Shown: positions 9,721 to 17,863 of the stretch, one piece after another
Layout of the letters: the number at the start of each line of letters is the position of its first letter
Position numbering within the stretch: position 1 is the first letter of the stretch
Assembly: GCA_963977675.1 (NCBI GenBank)
Contig: CAXBPY010000002.1
Location: 4,176-68,175, forward strand
Origin: an uncultured bacterium
GTDB taxonomy: Bacteria > Bacteroidota > Bacteroidia > Chitinophagales > UBA10324
Reading direction: 5' to 3'
DNA: 64,000 nucleotides
Notes under the pieces: generated by a model
The model's database searches: none
The model's input: the letters and a program-made list of their open reading frames with translations, nothing else
What the model was told of the DNA's origin: nothing
Position numbers and translations under genes: made by a program

Positions 9721-10482
9721 TTATTTTCCTAATAATTCATCTACTAAAACGCGTCCACAATGTTCGCAAAGAATGATGCGCTTGTGCTGGCGAATTTCCA
9801 TTTGCTGCTGAGGCGGAATTGCATTATAGCAACCACCACATGCGCCGCGCTGAACAGTTACTACTGCCAAACCATTTTTATAACTGGTGCGGATTTTATG
9901 ATAAGCATGAAGCAACCGGTCTTCGATTTTCCCCTGCGCTTCCTTTGATTTTTTTAACAGTGCTTTTTCTTCTGCTTCTGTTTCTTCAATAATGTTATCC
10001 AGATCCGCTTTCTTTTGTTTCAGATCCTTCTCTCTTACCTTAATTGCTTTTTCAGAATCAGAAATCGAAGCATTCTTTTCATCAATATCGCGATGAGCAT
10101 CCTTTATCTTTTTATCATGAAGCTGAATTTCCAGTTTTTGCAGTTCAATCTCCTTACTCAAGGCATCGTACTCACGATTGTTCTTTACATTACTTTGCTG
10201 CTTCTGATATTTCTTGATCAGCGACTCGGCTTCTTTTTGACCCAGCTTACGATTCGCAATTCCGGTTTCAAGTTCTTTAATTTCATCCTCAAACTTGGTG
10301 ATCCGTGTTTTCATCCCTGTGATTTCATCTTCCAAATCGCGAACCTCCATTGGAAGCTCACCTTTCAGAATCTGAATTTCATCTACCTTGGAGTCAATCT
10401 TCTGAAGTTTGTAAAGCGCACGCAAACGCTCTTCAACTGAAATATCAGATTGGCTCTTAATCATTTCTTTTGCTCTTGACAT
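9721..10482 (-). CDS. coiled-coil protein with C-terminal C4 zinc ribbon (COG1579/DUF164 type)
   Basis: 253 aa. Long heptad-rich region followed by CGGCYNAIPPQQ...CEHCGRVLV. Its start overlaps the NIF3 stop by 1 nt. Confidence 0.8.
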   Translation of the reverse strand: MSRAKEMIKSQSDISVEERLRALYKLQKIDSKVDEIQILKGELPMEVRDLEDEITGMKTRITKFEDEIKELETGIANRKLGQKEAESLIKKYQKQQSNVKNNREYDALSKEIELQKLEIQLHDKKIKDAHRDIDEKNASISDSEKAIKVREKDLKQKKADLDNIIEETEAEEKALLKKSKEAQGKIEDRLLHAYHKIRTSYKNGLAVVTVQRGACGGCYNAIPPQQQMEIRQHKRIILCEHCGRVLVDELLGK

Positions 10483-11579
10483 CAGTGGAAATATTTTATT
10501 GGGTTTGTATTTGTTTTTGAAAGAAGGGTGGCAAATGTAGGGAAATTGATCATTAATAAATCACGAAAAATCTGAGATGTAAATTGCTCAGTTTCATAGT
10601 GCCCGATGTCGCAAATCAGGATTTTTTTCTCTGCATCAAAGAACTGGTGATACTTGAAATCAGCCGTGATAAATGCTTGCGCGCCGCTTGCGATTGCATC
10701 TTTTAAAAGAAAACTTCCCGCTCCGCCACACACTGCAACTCTCGAAATTTTTTGGTTAAGAAATTCTGTATGCCGAATTACTTCTGCTTTCATGCTTTTC
10801 GAAACCAGTGAAAGAAAATCCTGTTCATTCATTTCAACTGAAAGTTCGCCAACCAATCCGGCACCCACATTCTGAAAATAATTTTCAAGAAGAACAATGT
10901 CATATGCCACTTCTTCATAAGGATGGGCATCGAACAATGCAGCAACAATATTTTTCTCTCGCCATGCAGGAAGAATCACTTCAACTTTTACCTCATCTTC
11001 ACGATGACGGATTCCTTTTACGCCAGATGTTGGATTTGAAATGTCATTGCCTTTGAAAGTTCCGTAACCATCCATATTGAAACTGCACTCTGAATAATTT
11101 CCAATGTCGCCAGCACCAGCGGCGAACAGGGCATTACGCACTTCATCTGCAGTTGCCACCGGAACGAAAGTGAAAAGTTTTTTCAGCAGCTGTTTTTTTG
11201 GAGACAGAATTTTTGTGCTATGTAATCCAAGCTTTTCTGAAATTACTCTATTTACCCCATTCTGAATATTATCCAGATTAGTATGTGCTGCATAAATCGC
11301 AATATCGTTTTTTATTGCCTTGATAATGGTTCGTTCTACATAATTATTTCCATTAATTTTTTTAAGCCCGGAAAACACAATAGGATGATGAGCAATAATC
11401 AAATTGCATTTTTTTTCAATAGCCTCATTCACAATCTCCTCGGTGCAATCAAGGGTGAGCAAAGCCGAAGAAATTTCCATTTCAGTATTTCCAGTTATTA
11501 ATCCGGAATTGTCATAACTCTCCTGCAACTGCAGCGGTGCCGCGGTTTCGAGCACACGGATAATTTCTTTTAACTTCAT
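10482..11579 (-). CDS. Nif3-like dinuclear metal centre protein (YbgI/YqfO family)
   Basis: Track ORF extends to 11612. The ATG at 11579 gives MKLKEIIRVLETAAPLQLQESYDNSGL, a typical NIF3 N-terminus. Also has IIAHHPIVF, AAHTNLD and the PII-like insert. Confidence 0.85.
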   Translation of the reverse strand: MKLKEIIRVLETAAPLQLQESYDNSGLITGNTEMEISSALLTLDCTEEIVNEAIEKKCNLIIAHHPIVFSGLKKINGNNYVERTIIKAIKNDIAIYAAHTNLDNIQNGVNRVISEKLGLHSTKILSPKKQLLKKLFTFVPVATADEVRNALFAAGAGDIGNYSECSFNMDGYGTFKGNDISNPTSGVKGIRHREDEVKVEVILPAWREKNIVAALFDAHPYEEVAYDIVLLENYFQNVGAGLVGELSVEMNEQDFLSLVSKSMKAEVIRHTEFLNQKISRVAVCGGAGSFLLKDAIASGAQAFITADFKYHQFFDAEKKILICDIGHYETEQFTSQIFRDLLMINFPTFATLLSKTNTNPIKYFH

Positions 11580-11662
11580 GGAGAAAAATTTTCCGCGAAA
11601 GTAAAAGCTCAAAATAATAGCACGAACGATATTGATTTAAATTCAATTCTACATTCGCACCT

Positions 11663-12721
11663 GTGTTGCGAAAAATATTTTTCTTTCCTTTCTCACTGAT
11701 TTACCTGAGTGTAACAACGCTTCGCAATTTTCTTTTTAACCGAAAAATAAACAGAAGCATTGAGTTTGACTTTCCCATTATTGGAATTGGTAATCTTTCC
11801 ATTGGCGGTTCAGGAAAAACTCCTCTTGTGGAATTCATACTCCGGCTTACTCGTGAATTCTATTCTGCAGGAGTATTGAGTCGCGGTTACGGAAGAAGAA
11901 CTACAGGATTTCATACCGTAACCGAAAATGATTCAGCCAGCAAGAGTGGAGACGAGCCGTTTCAGTTAAAAAATAACTTTCCTGAGGCACATGTGTGCGT
12001 TTGCGAAGATCGCGCCCTCGCTGTTCCCCAAATGTTGGATGAAAAAAACCTTGACCTGATAATAATGGACGATGCTTTTCAACATCGCTGGGTGAAACCT
12101 GGATTAAACATTTTAGTAAGCGATTTCAATGTTCCATTTTTTAGCGACATGATTTTGCCATCCGGAAATTTGCGAGAAAGCAGATGCAACTATCATCGTG
12201 CTGATGTGATTGTGTTCTCTCGGTGTGAGAATTTTCCGAATGACAAAATCCGAAAGAAGTATTTATCCAAAATACCCAAAGTTGATTCATCAAAAGTTTT
12301 TTTTACCTCGCTTGAATATGGCACCCCTTATTCAGTATTGAAAAACAAGGAAGAGAAAAAGAATTTTTCTGAGATAAAAAAAGTAATTCTGGTATGCGGA
12401 ATCGCTAAACCGAAATACATAGAGGACTATCTGAAAAAATCCGGAATTCAATTTGAGTCATTTCTGTTTGGTGATCACCACTCATTTTCACACAATCAGG
12501 TCGAGAGAATAATTGCTGCTTACAAAAATCTGAATGATACTTCCGCAGTCATTCTCACTACAGAAAAGGATGCGATGCGATTAATGAAATTCAGAGAAGA
12601 TTCAGAATTACTCCGCGAAAAACTTTTTGCTCTTCCAATGAAAATGAAATTTGAAGAGGAAGAAGAAAAAAAGTTTTCAAAAATTATTTTTGATTTTGTA
12701 AAGAGTTTTAAAAACGATTGA
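11663..12721 (+). CDS. lpxK: tetraacyldisaccharide 4-prime-kinase
   Basis: 352 aa. Walker A GNLSIGGSGKTP, plus SRGYGR and MDDAFQH. The only available starts are GTG (11663) or TTG (11666). Confidence 0.9.
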   Translation: MLRKIFFFPFSLIYLSVTTLRNFLFNRKINRSIEFDFPIIGIGNLSIGGSGKTPLVEFILRLTREFYSAGVLSRGYGRRTTGFHTVTENDSASKSGDEPFQLKNNFPEAHVCVCEDRALAVPQMLDEKNLDLIIMDDAFQHRWVKPGLNILVSDFNVPFFSDMILPSGNLRESRCNYHRADVIVFSRCENFPNDKIRKKYLSKIPKVDSSKVFFTSLEYGTPYSVLKNKEEKKNFSEIKKVILVCGIAKPKYIEDYLKKSGIQFESFLFGDHHSFSHNQVERIIAAYKNLNDTSAVILTTEKDAMRLMKFREDSELLREKLFALPMKMKFEEEEEKKFSKIIFDFVKSFKND

Positions 12722-13542
12722 TGGAAAACATTATTGAAAAAATAAATTCTGCTTCTCGCTTTATTAAAAGTCAAATTGATTTTGAACCTGAGTATTGCAT
12801 TGTTCTTGGCAGCGGGCTCGGTGATTTGGTGAGTAAGGCTGAAATAAAAAAAGAAATCGCTTACAAAGACATTCCTCATTTTCCGCTGGCAACAGTTGCA
12901 GGGCATCCCGGCAAATTGATCCTTGGAATTATAAGCGGAAAAAAAGTTGCCATTATGCAGGGCCGGTTTCATTACTATGAAGGATACTCAATGCAAGAAG
13001 TTGTTTTCCCCATTCGGGTATTAAAATTCTGCGGAGCAAAAACTGCCATTATCACCAATGCTTCCGGCGGATTGAATCCCGCAATTAAAGTTGGCGAGCT
13101 GATGATTATTAATGATCACATCAACCTTCAACCGGATAATCCACTGCTCGGAAAAAATTTTGATGAACTCGGTCCACGCTTTCCCGATCAGCATAATGTG
13201 TATGACAAAAAATTAATTGAGTGTGCGCGCTCAATTGCAAAGCGAAACAATATTGTGTGTCATGAAGGAGTATATGTTGGTGTTCCGGGTCCCACATTCG
13301 AAACACCGGCTGAGTATCGCTACATGCGCATCATTGGCGGAGATGCGGTAGGTATGAGCACGGTGCCAGAAGTTATTGCAGCCAATCATCTCGGAATGAA
13401 AATTTTTGGCATCAGTGTTATTTGCGACGAAGGAAATCCTCCAACACCGCAGCGCATTTCTCATGATGAAGTTATTCGTGCCGCCAAAGAAGGCGAGCCG
13501 CGAATGTCTATGATTATTCAACAACTGTTAGCAGAACAATAG
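12721..13542 (+). CDS. purine nucleoside phosphorylase (trimeric PNP family)
   Basis: The ATG at 12721 overlaps the lpxK TGA (TGATG). Motifs GSGLGDL, GRFHYYEGY and GPTFETPAEYRYMRIIGGDAVGMSTVPEV. Confidence 0.9.
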   Translation: MENIIEKINSASRFIKSQIDFEPEYCIVLGSGLGDLVSKAEIKKEIAYKDIPHFPLATVAGHPGKLILGIISGKKVAIMQGRFHYYEGYSMQEVVFPIRVLKFCGAKTAIITNASGGLNPAIKVGELMIINDHINLQPDNPLLGKNFDELGPRFPDQHNVYDKKLIECARSIAKRNNIVCHEGVYVGVPGPTFETPAEYRYMRIIGGDAVGMSTVPEVIAANHLGMKIFGISVICDEGNPPTPQRISHDEVIRAAKEGEPRMSMIIQQLLAEQ

Positions 13543-15432
13543 ATGCAGAAACAATTTCTATTTGTAGTTTTTTTCTTCTGCCTGAGTTCCCATTTCTCTT
13601 TCGCCATTGGCGATGACAGTACTTATCACCGATACAATCCGCTTTGGACAAATTATTTCCATCCGCGGTTTCCTGATTACATACATTCAATTGACACGAG
13701 CATTGATAAGTTTCATGAGTATGATATGCTGCAACAACATTTCGGTTGGATGAACCTGGGAAACAATGGCACTCCGGCATTTCAAACAATCTATCATTCC
13801 ATGAACAATTCAGAGTTGCAGTGGGGATTGGAACAAAGTGTTTCGCCTTATTTGAAATCTCCTGAAAATATCCGTTTCTATAAAACGCTGAAACCATACT
13901 CTCACTTGTACTATGTAATGGGAAGTAAATCCGAGCAACAATTGGTTGGAACGCATACTCAAAATATCGGGCGAAATGCAAATGTTGGTTTTGAATTTAT
14001 CCGCCAGGGCGTTCCTGGATTTTATCAGCGACAGCGCGCCGATGTTTTTGATCTCGATGTGTTTGCTGATGTGCGCTCGAAGAATCAACGGTATGAAATT
14101 TCTCCTTATGTCATTATGAATAAACTGAACTGGCAATTAAATGGAGGCATAACAAATGCTGATGTTTTTATTGACACAACCTTGATTGATAAAACACTTG
14201 CTGATATCTATCTTTCAAATACGAGAGCAGAGTTCCGGCGAAATAATTATGGATTCTATCAAAGTTTTAATTGGGGAAACCACTACATCACAAAACTGAG
14301 TGATACAAGCTATCAGCAACAATTCAATTCATCTGTCCGGTTATTTCATCAGATGGATTATTCACAGTCGCTTTATACATATCTTGATGACTCAACTGAT
14401 TTCCATTTCTATTACCCGCATGAATATTATTTCAATCCCGATAGTACAAGCGACAGCACCTATTATTCCTTATTGCGGAATGAAATCTCAATCGAATGGA
14501 ATGAAGTAAAGCATAAAGATTCTGCCGAAACCACTGAGCGCAAATTTCCATTCAACATTTTTGTGATACACGATTTGCATCAGTTACCCTTCGCTCAAAA
14601 AAAATATATCAATGAACTGAATGCCGGATTTGAATGTCATTCATGGTTGCGTCCATTTTATTTTTATGTGAGCGCTTCTGCCGGAAAAAGTGAAATCAGC
14701 GATTTGAATTATCGCGCAGAAGCATATGTGACATGGTATGGCTCACTTTCTCCCTGGCAGTTTTTTCTCAATGTGCGAACAGATAATCATCCGCCTTCGT
14801 GGTTTCAAAACAGTTACTATTCGAATCATTTCAATTGGAATTTCAATTTCAAAAACGAAGGTGAAACATTCGCCGAACTTGGATTTTACAACAGTAAAAA
14901 TTCTGCATATGGCGGAATCAAGTATGTAGTGAATGAAAACCATATTTACTTTTCTGCAAACGCTCAACCCGCTCAACACAATGGAACGCTGAATGGTTGG
15001 GTGATTTATCTGAAGAAAAATTTCAGATTCGGAAAAATTCATGTTGACAATGAAATTGGAATTAATCTCGTGGACGAAAATGTTTTTCAGCTTCCGGTTT
15101 ATGCAGGAAAACACTTGCTTTACTATGAGAATTCACTTTTCAAACATGCGCTTGATTTCAGTTCAGGAATTGAAGTGAATTATGTAAGTGATTATTATGC
15201 TCCTTCATTTAATCCTGCCACACTTACATTCTATCAACAAAATCTCACGCTTGTTCATTACTATCCGGTTGCAGATTTTTTTGTGAACATGAAAATTAAA
15301 TCAGCTCGCATTTTTCTCCGTATCGAAAATCTGGATCAGGGATTATTTGAACCCGGATATTTTACAGTTCCATCCTACCCTGCCGCCGATCGAAGTTTCA
15401 AGTTTGGAGTGAGTTGGATGTTTTGGAATTAA
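13543..15432 (+). CDS. putative outer-membrane beta-barrel (porin-like) protein
   Basis: 629 aa. Signal peptide MQKQFLFVVFFFCLSSHFSFA. Aromatic-rich sequence ending FKFGVSWMFWN, an OMP-type C-terminus. The start directly abuts the PNP stop (TAGATG). Confidence 0.5.
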   Translation: MQKQFLFVVFFFCLSSHFSFAIGDDSTYHRYNPLWTNYFHPRFPDYIHSIDTSIDKFHEYDMLQQHFGWMNLGNNGTPAFQTIYHSMNNSELQWGLEQSVSPYLKSPENIRFYKTLKPYSHLYYVMGSKSEQQLVGTHTQNIGRNANVGFEFIRQGVPGFYQRQRADVFDLDVFADVRSKNQRYEISPYVIMNKLNWQLNGGITNADVFIDTTLIDKTLADIYLSNTRAEFRRNNYGFYQSFNWGNHYITKLSDTSYQQQFNSSVRLFHQMDYSQSLYTYLDDSTDFHFYYPHEYYFNPDSTSDSTYYSLLRNEISIEWNEVKHKDSAETTERKFPFNIFVIHDLHQLPFAQKKYINELNAGFECHSWLRPFYFYVSASAGKSEISDLNYRAEAYVTWYGSLSPWQFFLNVRTDNHPPSWFQNSYYSNHFNWNFNFKNEGETFAELGFYNSKNSAYGGIKYVVNENHIYFSANAQPAQHNGTLNGWVIYLKKNFRFGKIHVDNEIGINLVDENVFQLPVYAGKHLLYYENSLFKHALDFSSGIEVNYVSDYYAPSFNPATLTFYQQNLTLVHYYPVADFFVNMKIKSARIFLRIENLDQGLFEPGYFTVPSYPAADRSFKFGVSWMFWN

Positions 15433-16715
15433 ATTTTCACTCCAATCACCAACACATCATCGACTTGTTCGGTAGTGCCCTTCCATTCAGTGAAATAATT
15501 TTTTAAGAATAAGTGTTGCGCTTCGGCTGAGTTGTTTCTTTCTGCAATAAGTAACTCCTTGAATTTACTCGTCATCATTTTCTTTCCGGCATCGCCGCCA
15601 AACTGGTCGGCGTAACCATCAGAGAAAATATAAACTGCATCGTTATTCATTAGTTGAATCGTTTGAAGCAGGTAAGAACTTCTGTCTTCAAAAATGCTCC
15701 CGATAGAAAGACGGTCAGCGCTGAACGAAAGCAACTCACCATCGCGCACCAACCACAGCGGGCGCTTCGCTCCTGCAAACTGCAATACATTTTTTTTCTT
15801 GTTGATGGAAATGATTGCCACATCCATTCCTGCATGTGACTCGCGCTCATTTCTCTTGAGTGAATGTACAACGGACTCGTGCAGGTGATTCAGAATATCA
15901 TTCGGCGCGTTGATTTTTTTCTCCTTCACAATCTGATCGAGCATCGAAATTCCATACACACTCATGAATGCGCCTGCTACTCCGTGCCCGGTGCAATCGC
16001 CTGCAACTACAATTAGATTTTCATCGTGCGCATGAAACCAAAAAAAATCTCCGGACACAATATCTTTTGGTTCAAAAAGCACAAAGCTCTCCGGAAAAAA
16101 TTCTTTGAGTTCTGAAAGCGGCGGCAGCATTGCTTCCTGCAAACGCTTTGCATAATAAATTGAATCAAGAATCTCACGATTTTTTTTCTCCAGCATTCCA
16201 CGCTGCTCTTCAACTTCGCGCGTACGCTCGATCACTTGCTTTTCCAGCATCTCATTTTGTTCGAGCACCAGTTTTTCTTTTTCCTCCAGCACGCGCACAT
16301 AATTCTTTTCTGCTTCCAATCCTTTGCGCATCACTTCAGTTTCGCGAATAGCCTTAGCCAGCGTCACATTCAAATCATCGAAAGTGATAGGCTTGGTAAC
16401 AAAATCAAACGCGCCGCGATTCATTGCCACCCGGATATTTTCCATATCACCGTATGCAGAAATCACAATTGCTTTTTGTGAAAGATTTTTTTCACGCATC
16501 TGCTCCAGCAAGCCTAATCCGTCGAGCACAGGCATGTTGATATCAGTAAACAACATATCGATCGAGGCATCGTTTGATAATAATTCAAGAGCAACCTTTC
16601 CGTTTTCGGCAAAGACCAATGCTAACTCGCCGTTTCTGATCCGGGCACGAAAGAATTGGCGGAACAGTAATTCTGCATCTGGTTCATCATCGGCTACAAG
16701 AATTTTAAAAGGCAT
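15429..16715 (-). CDS. response-regulator receiver fused to PP2C/SpoIIE-type protein phosphatase (SiaA/RsbU-like)
   Basis: 428 aa. REC domain (ILVADDEPD, FTDINMPVLDG, FVTKP), a coiled coil, then PP2C-type motifs (VSGDFFWF, GDCTGHGVAGAFMS, DGYADQFGG, DDVLVIGVKI). Confidence 0.85.
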   Translation of the reverse strand: MPFKILVADDEPDAELLFRQFFRARIRNGELALVFAENGKVALELLSNDASIDMLFTDINMPVLDGLGLLEQMREKNLSQKAIVISAYGDMENIRVAMNRGAFDFVTKPITFDDLNVTLAKAIRETEVMRKGLEAEKNYVRVLEEKEKLVLEQNEMLEKQVIERTREVEEQRGMLEKKNREILDSIYYAKRLQEAMLPPLSELKEFFPESFVLFEPKDIVSGDFFWFHAHDENLIVVAGDCTGHGVAGAFMSVYGISMLDQIVKEKKINAPNDILNHLHESVVHSLKRNERESHAGMDVAIISINKKKNVLQFAGAKRPLWLVRDGELLSFSADRLSIGSIFEDRSSYLLQTIQLMNNDAVYIFSDGYADQFGGDAGKKMMTSKFKELLIAERNNSAEAQHLFLKNYFTEWKGTTEQVDDVLVIGVKI

Positions 16716-16720
16716 GAGTC

Positions 16721-16741
16721 AAGATTAAAGATTTAAGATTA
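16721..16741 (-). repeat. three tandem heptamers 5 nt upstream of the PP2C gene start
   Basis: Plus strand reads aagatta aagattt aagatta. The mRNA sense reads UAAUCUU AAAUCUU UAAUCUU GACUC AUG. Confidence 0.8.
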
Positions 16742-16876
16742 GAAATAGAAGTGATGATCCGGCTCTGACTTCCCACAGGTTTAGTTTGGAAACTCATATT
16801 CATGATTCCGGGGTTCTTCACTTTCTTAAATAAATAATTCTTCTACATTTGACTGAACACGCACAGACAGTAGCGC

Positions 16877-17428
16877 ATGGACATTTTCAAATATTATTCA
16901 GAACTGGAGCAGGGTCGAATTATCCTGTCTTTCAAAGGCAAAATATCAGAGGAGTTTTTGTCTTCAGTTTATCAAACTATGGAAAATCATTTCGAAGAAG
17001 GGGCAGAAGATGTTCGGCTGAAAAAAAAAATTTATTATATACTGATTGAGTGCCTTCAGAATGTTTTTCATCATACCGGAAATCTTAATGATGAAAATGG
17101 CAAAAGCGATTTTGAAGGGAATGACAATGCTATTTTTATGATTAGTAAAAGCCTGGCAGATAATTATGTAATTACTACCGGAAATTTTATCCCTGAAAAA
17201 AAAATCAGCGCACTGAAAGACCGTATTGATTCAATTAATAAAATGAGTAAAGAAGAATTAAAAGCGCTCTACCTGGATCAACTAAACTCCACTGAGCTTT
17301 CTGAAAAAGGCGGCGCCGGACTTGGCATTATTGATATAGCAAGGAAAAGCGGAAGCAAGCTCAATTATTCTTTTCATTCAGTAAATCCTGAAACATCTTT
17401 CTTCACGCTCTCAATAGAAATTAAATAA
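16877..17428 (+). CDS. SiaB-like GHKL-fold protein kinase
   Basis: 183 aa. IILSFKGKISEEFL, YILIECLQNVFHH and the G-box KGGAGLGIIDIARKSG match my recollection of SiaB-family proteins that accompany DUF1987. Confidence 0.7.
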   Translation: MDIFKYYSELEQGRIILSFKGKISEEFLSSVYQTMENHFEEGAEDVRLKKKIYYILIECLQNVFHHTGNLNDENGKSDFEGNDNAIFMISKSLADNYVITTGNFIPEKKISALKDRIDSINKMSKEELKALYLDQLNSTELSEKGGAGLGIIDIARKSGSKLNYSFHSVNPETSFFTLSIEIK

Positions 17429-17437
17429 CCAACTGAC

Positions 17438-17815
17438 ATGATTGACAACCTGATAATAGAGTCCACAGTAAAAACTCCGGAGGTGAAGTTGAATAGTAAC
17501 GGCTTTTTAGAGATAAGCGGAAAGTCAATTCCTGAAAACTCAATTGCTTTTTATCAACCGCTGTATGCCTGGCTCGACAATTACGCAACGAATCCCGCAG
17601 CAAAAACTGAATTGAAAATTTCGCTTGAATATTTTAATACCAGTTCTTCAAAATGTTTGCTGGATGTGCTTCGCAAACTGGATGTACTGAACAAATCCGG
17701 AAAGAGTTCAGTAAGTGTTACATGGTATTACGAAGATGGCGATGATGATATGCTAGAAGCCGGTGATGATTATAAATCTCTTGTACCGCTTCCGTTTTCT
17801 TTTATGAAAGTTTAA
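17438..17815 (+). CDS. SiaC-like DUF1987 regulatory phosphoprotein
   Basis: 125 aa. TPEVKLNSNGFLEISGKSIPENSIAFYQPLYAWL, LEYFNTSSSKCLLDVL and WYYEDGDDDMLEAGDDY. Begins 9 nt after the kinase gene. Confidence 0.8.
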   Translation: MIDNLIIESTVKTPEVKLNSNGFLEISGKSIPENSIAFYQPLYAWLDNYATNPAAKTELKISLEYFNTSSSKCLLDVLRKLDVLNKSGKSSVSVTWYYEDGDDDMLEAGDDYKSLVPLPFSFMKV

Positions 17816-17831
17816 TTACTACATTTCGAAT

Positions 17832-17863
17832 TACAATTAGAAAATCTTTGCTCTCTAATTGTA
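17832..17863. terminator. hairpin between convergent genes, overlapping the PBP1A stop codon
   Basis: tacaattag (17832-17840) pairs with ctaattgta (17855-17863), with a 14-nt loop. AT-rich and lacks a clean T-run. Confidence 0.35.

Noticed and set aside
16324-16728. Long antisense or overlapping ORFs in the track. Examples: 16324-16728 (+), 51159-51710 (+), 18965-19444 (+), 54413-54928 (+), 12520-12972 (-), 13514-13981 (-), 36015-36380 (-) and 49746-50195 (-).
   Set aside because: Each lies fully inside a well-supported gene on the other strand or in another frame. They have odd composition (Cys/His/Arg-rich or low complexity) and no recognisable motifs, so I treat them as shadow ORFs.
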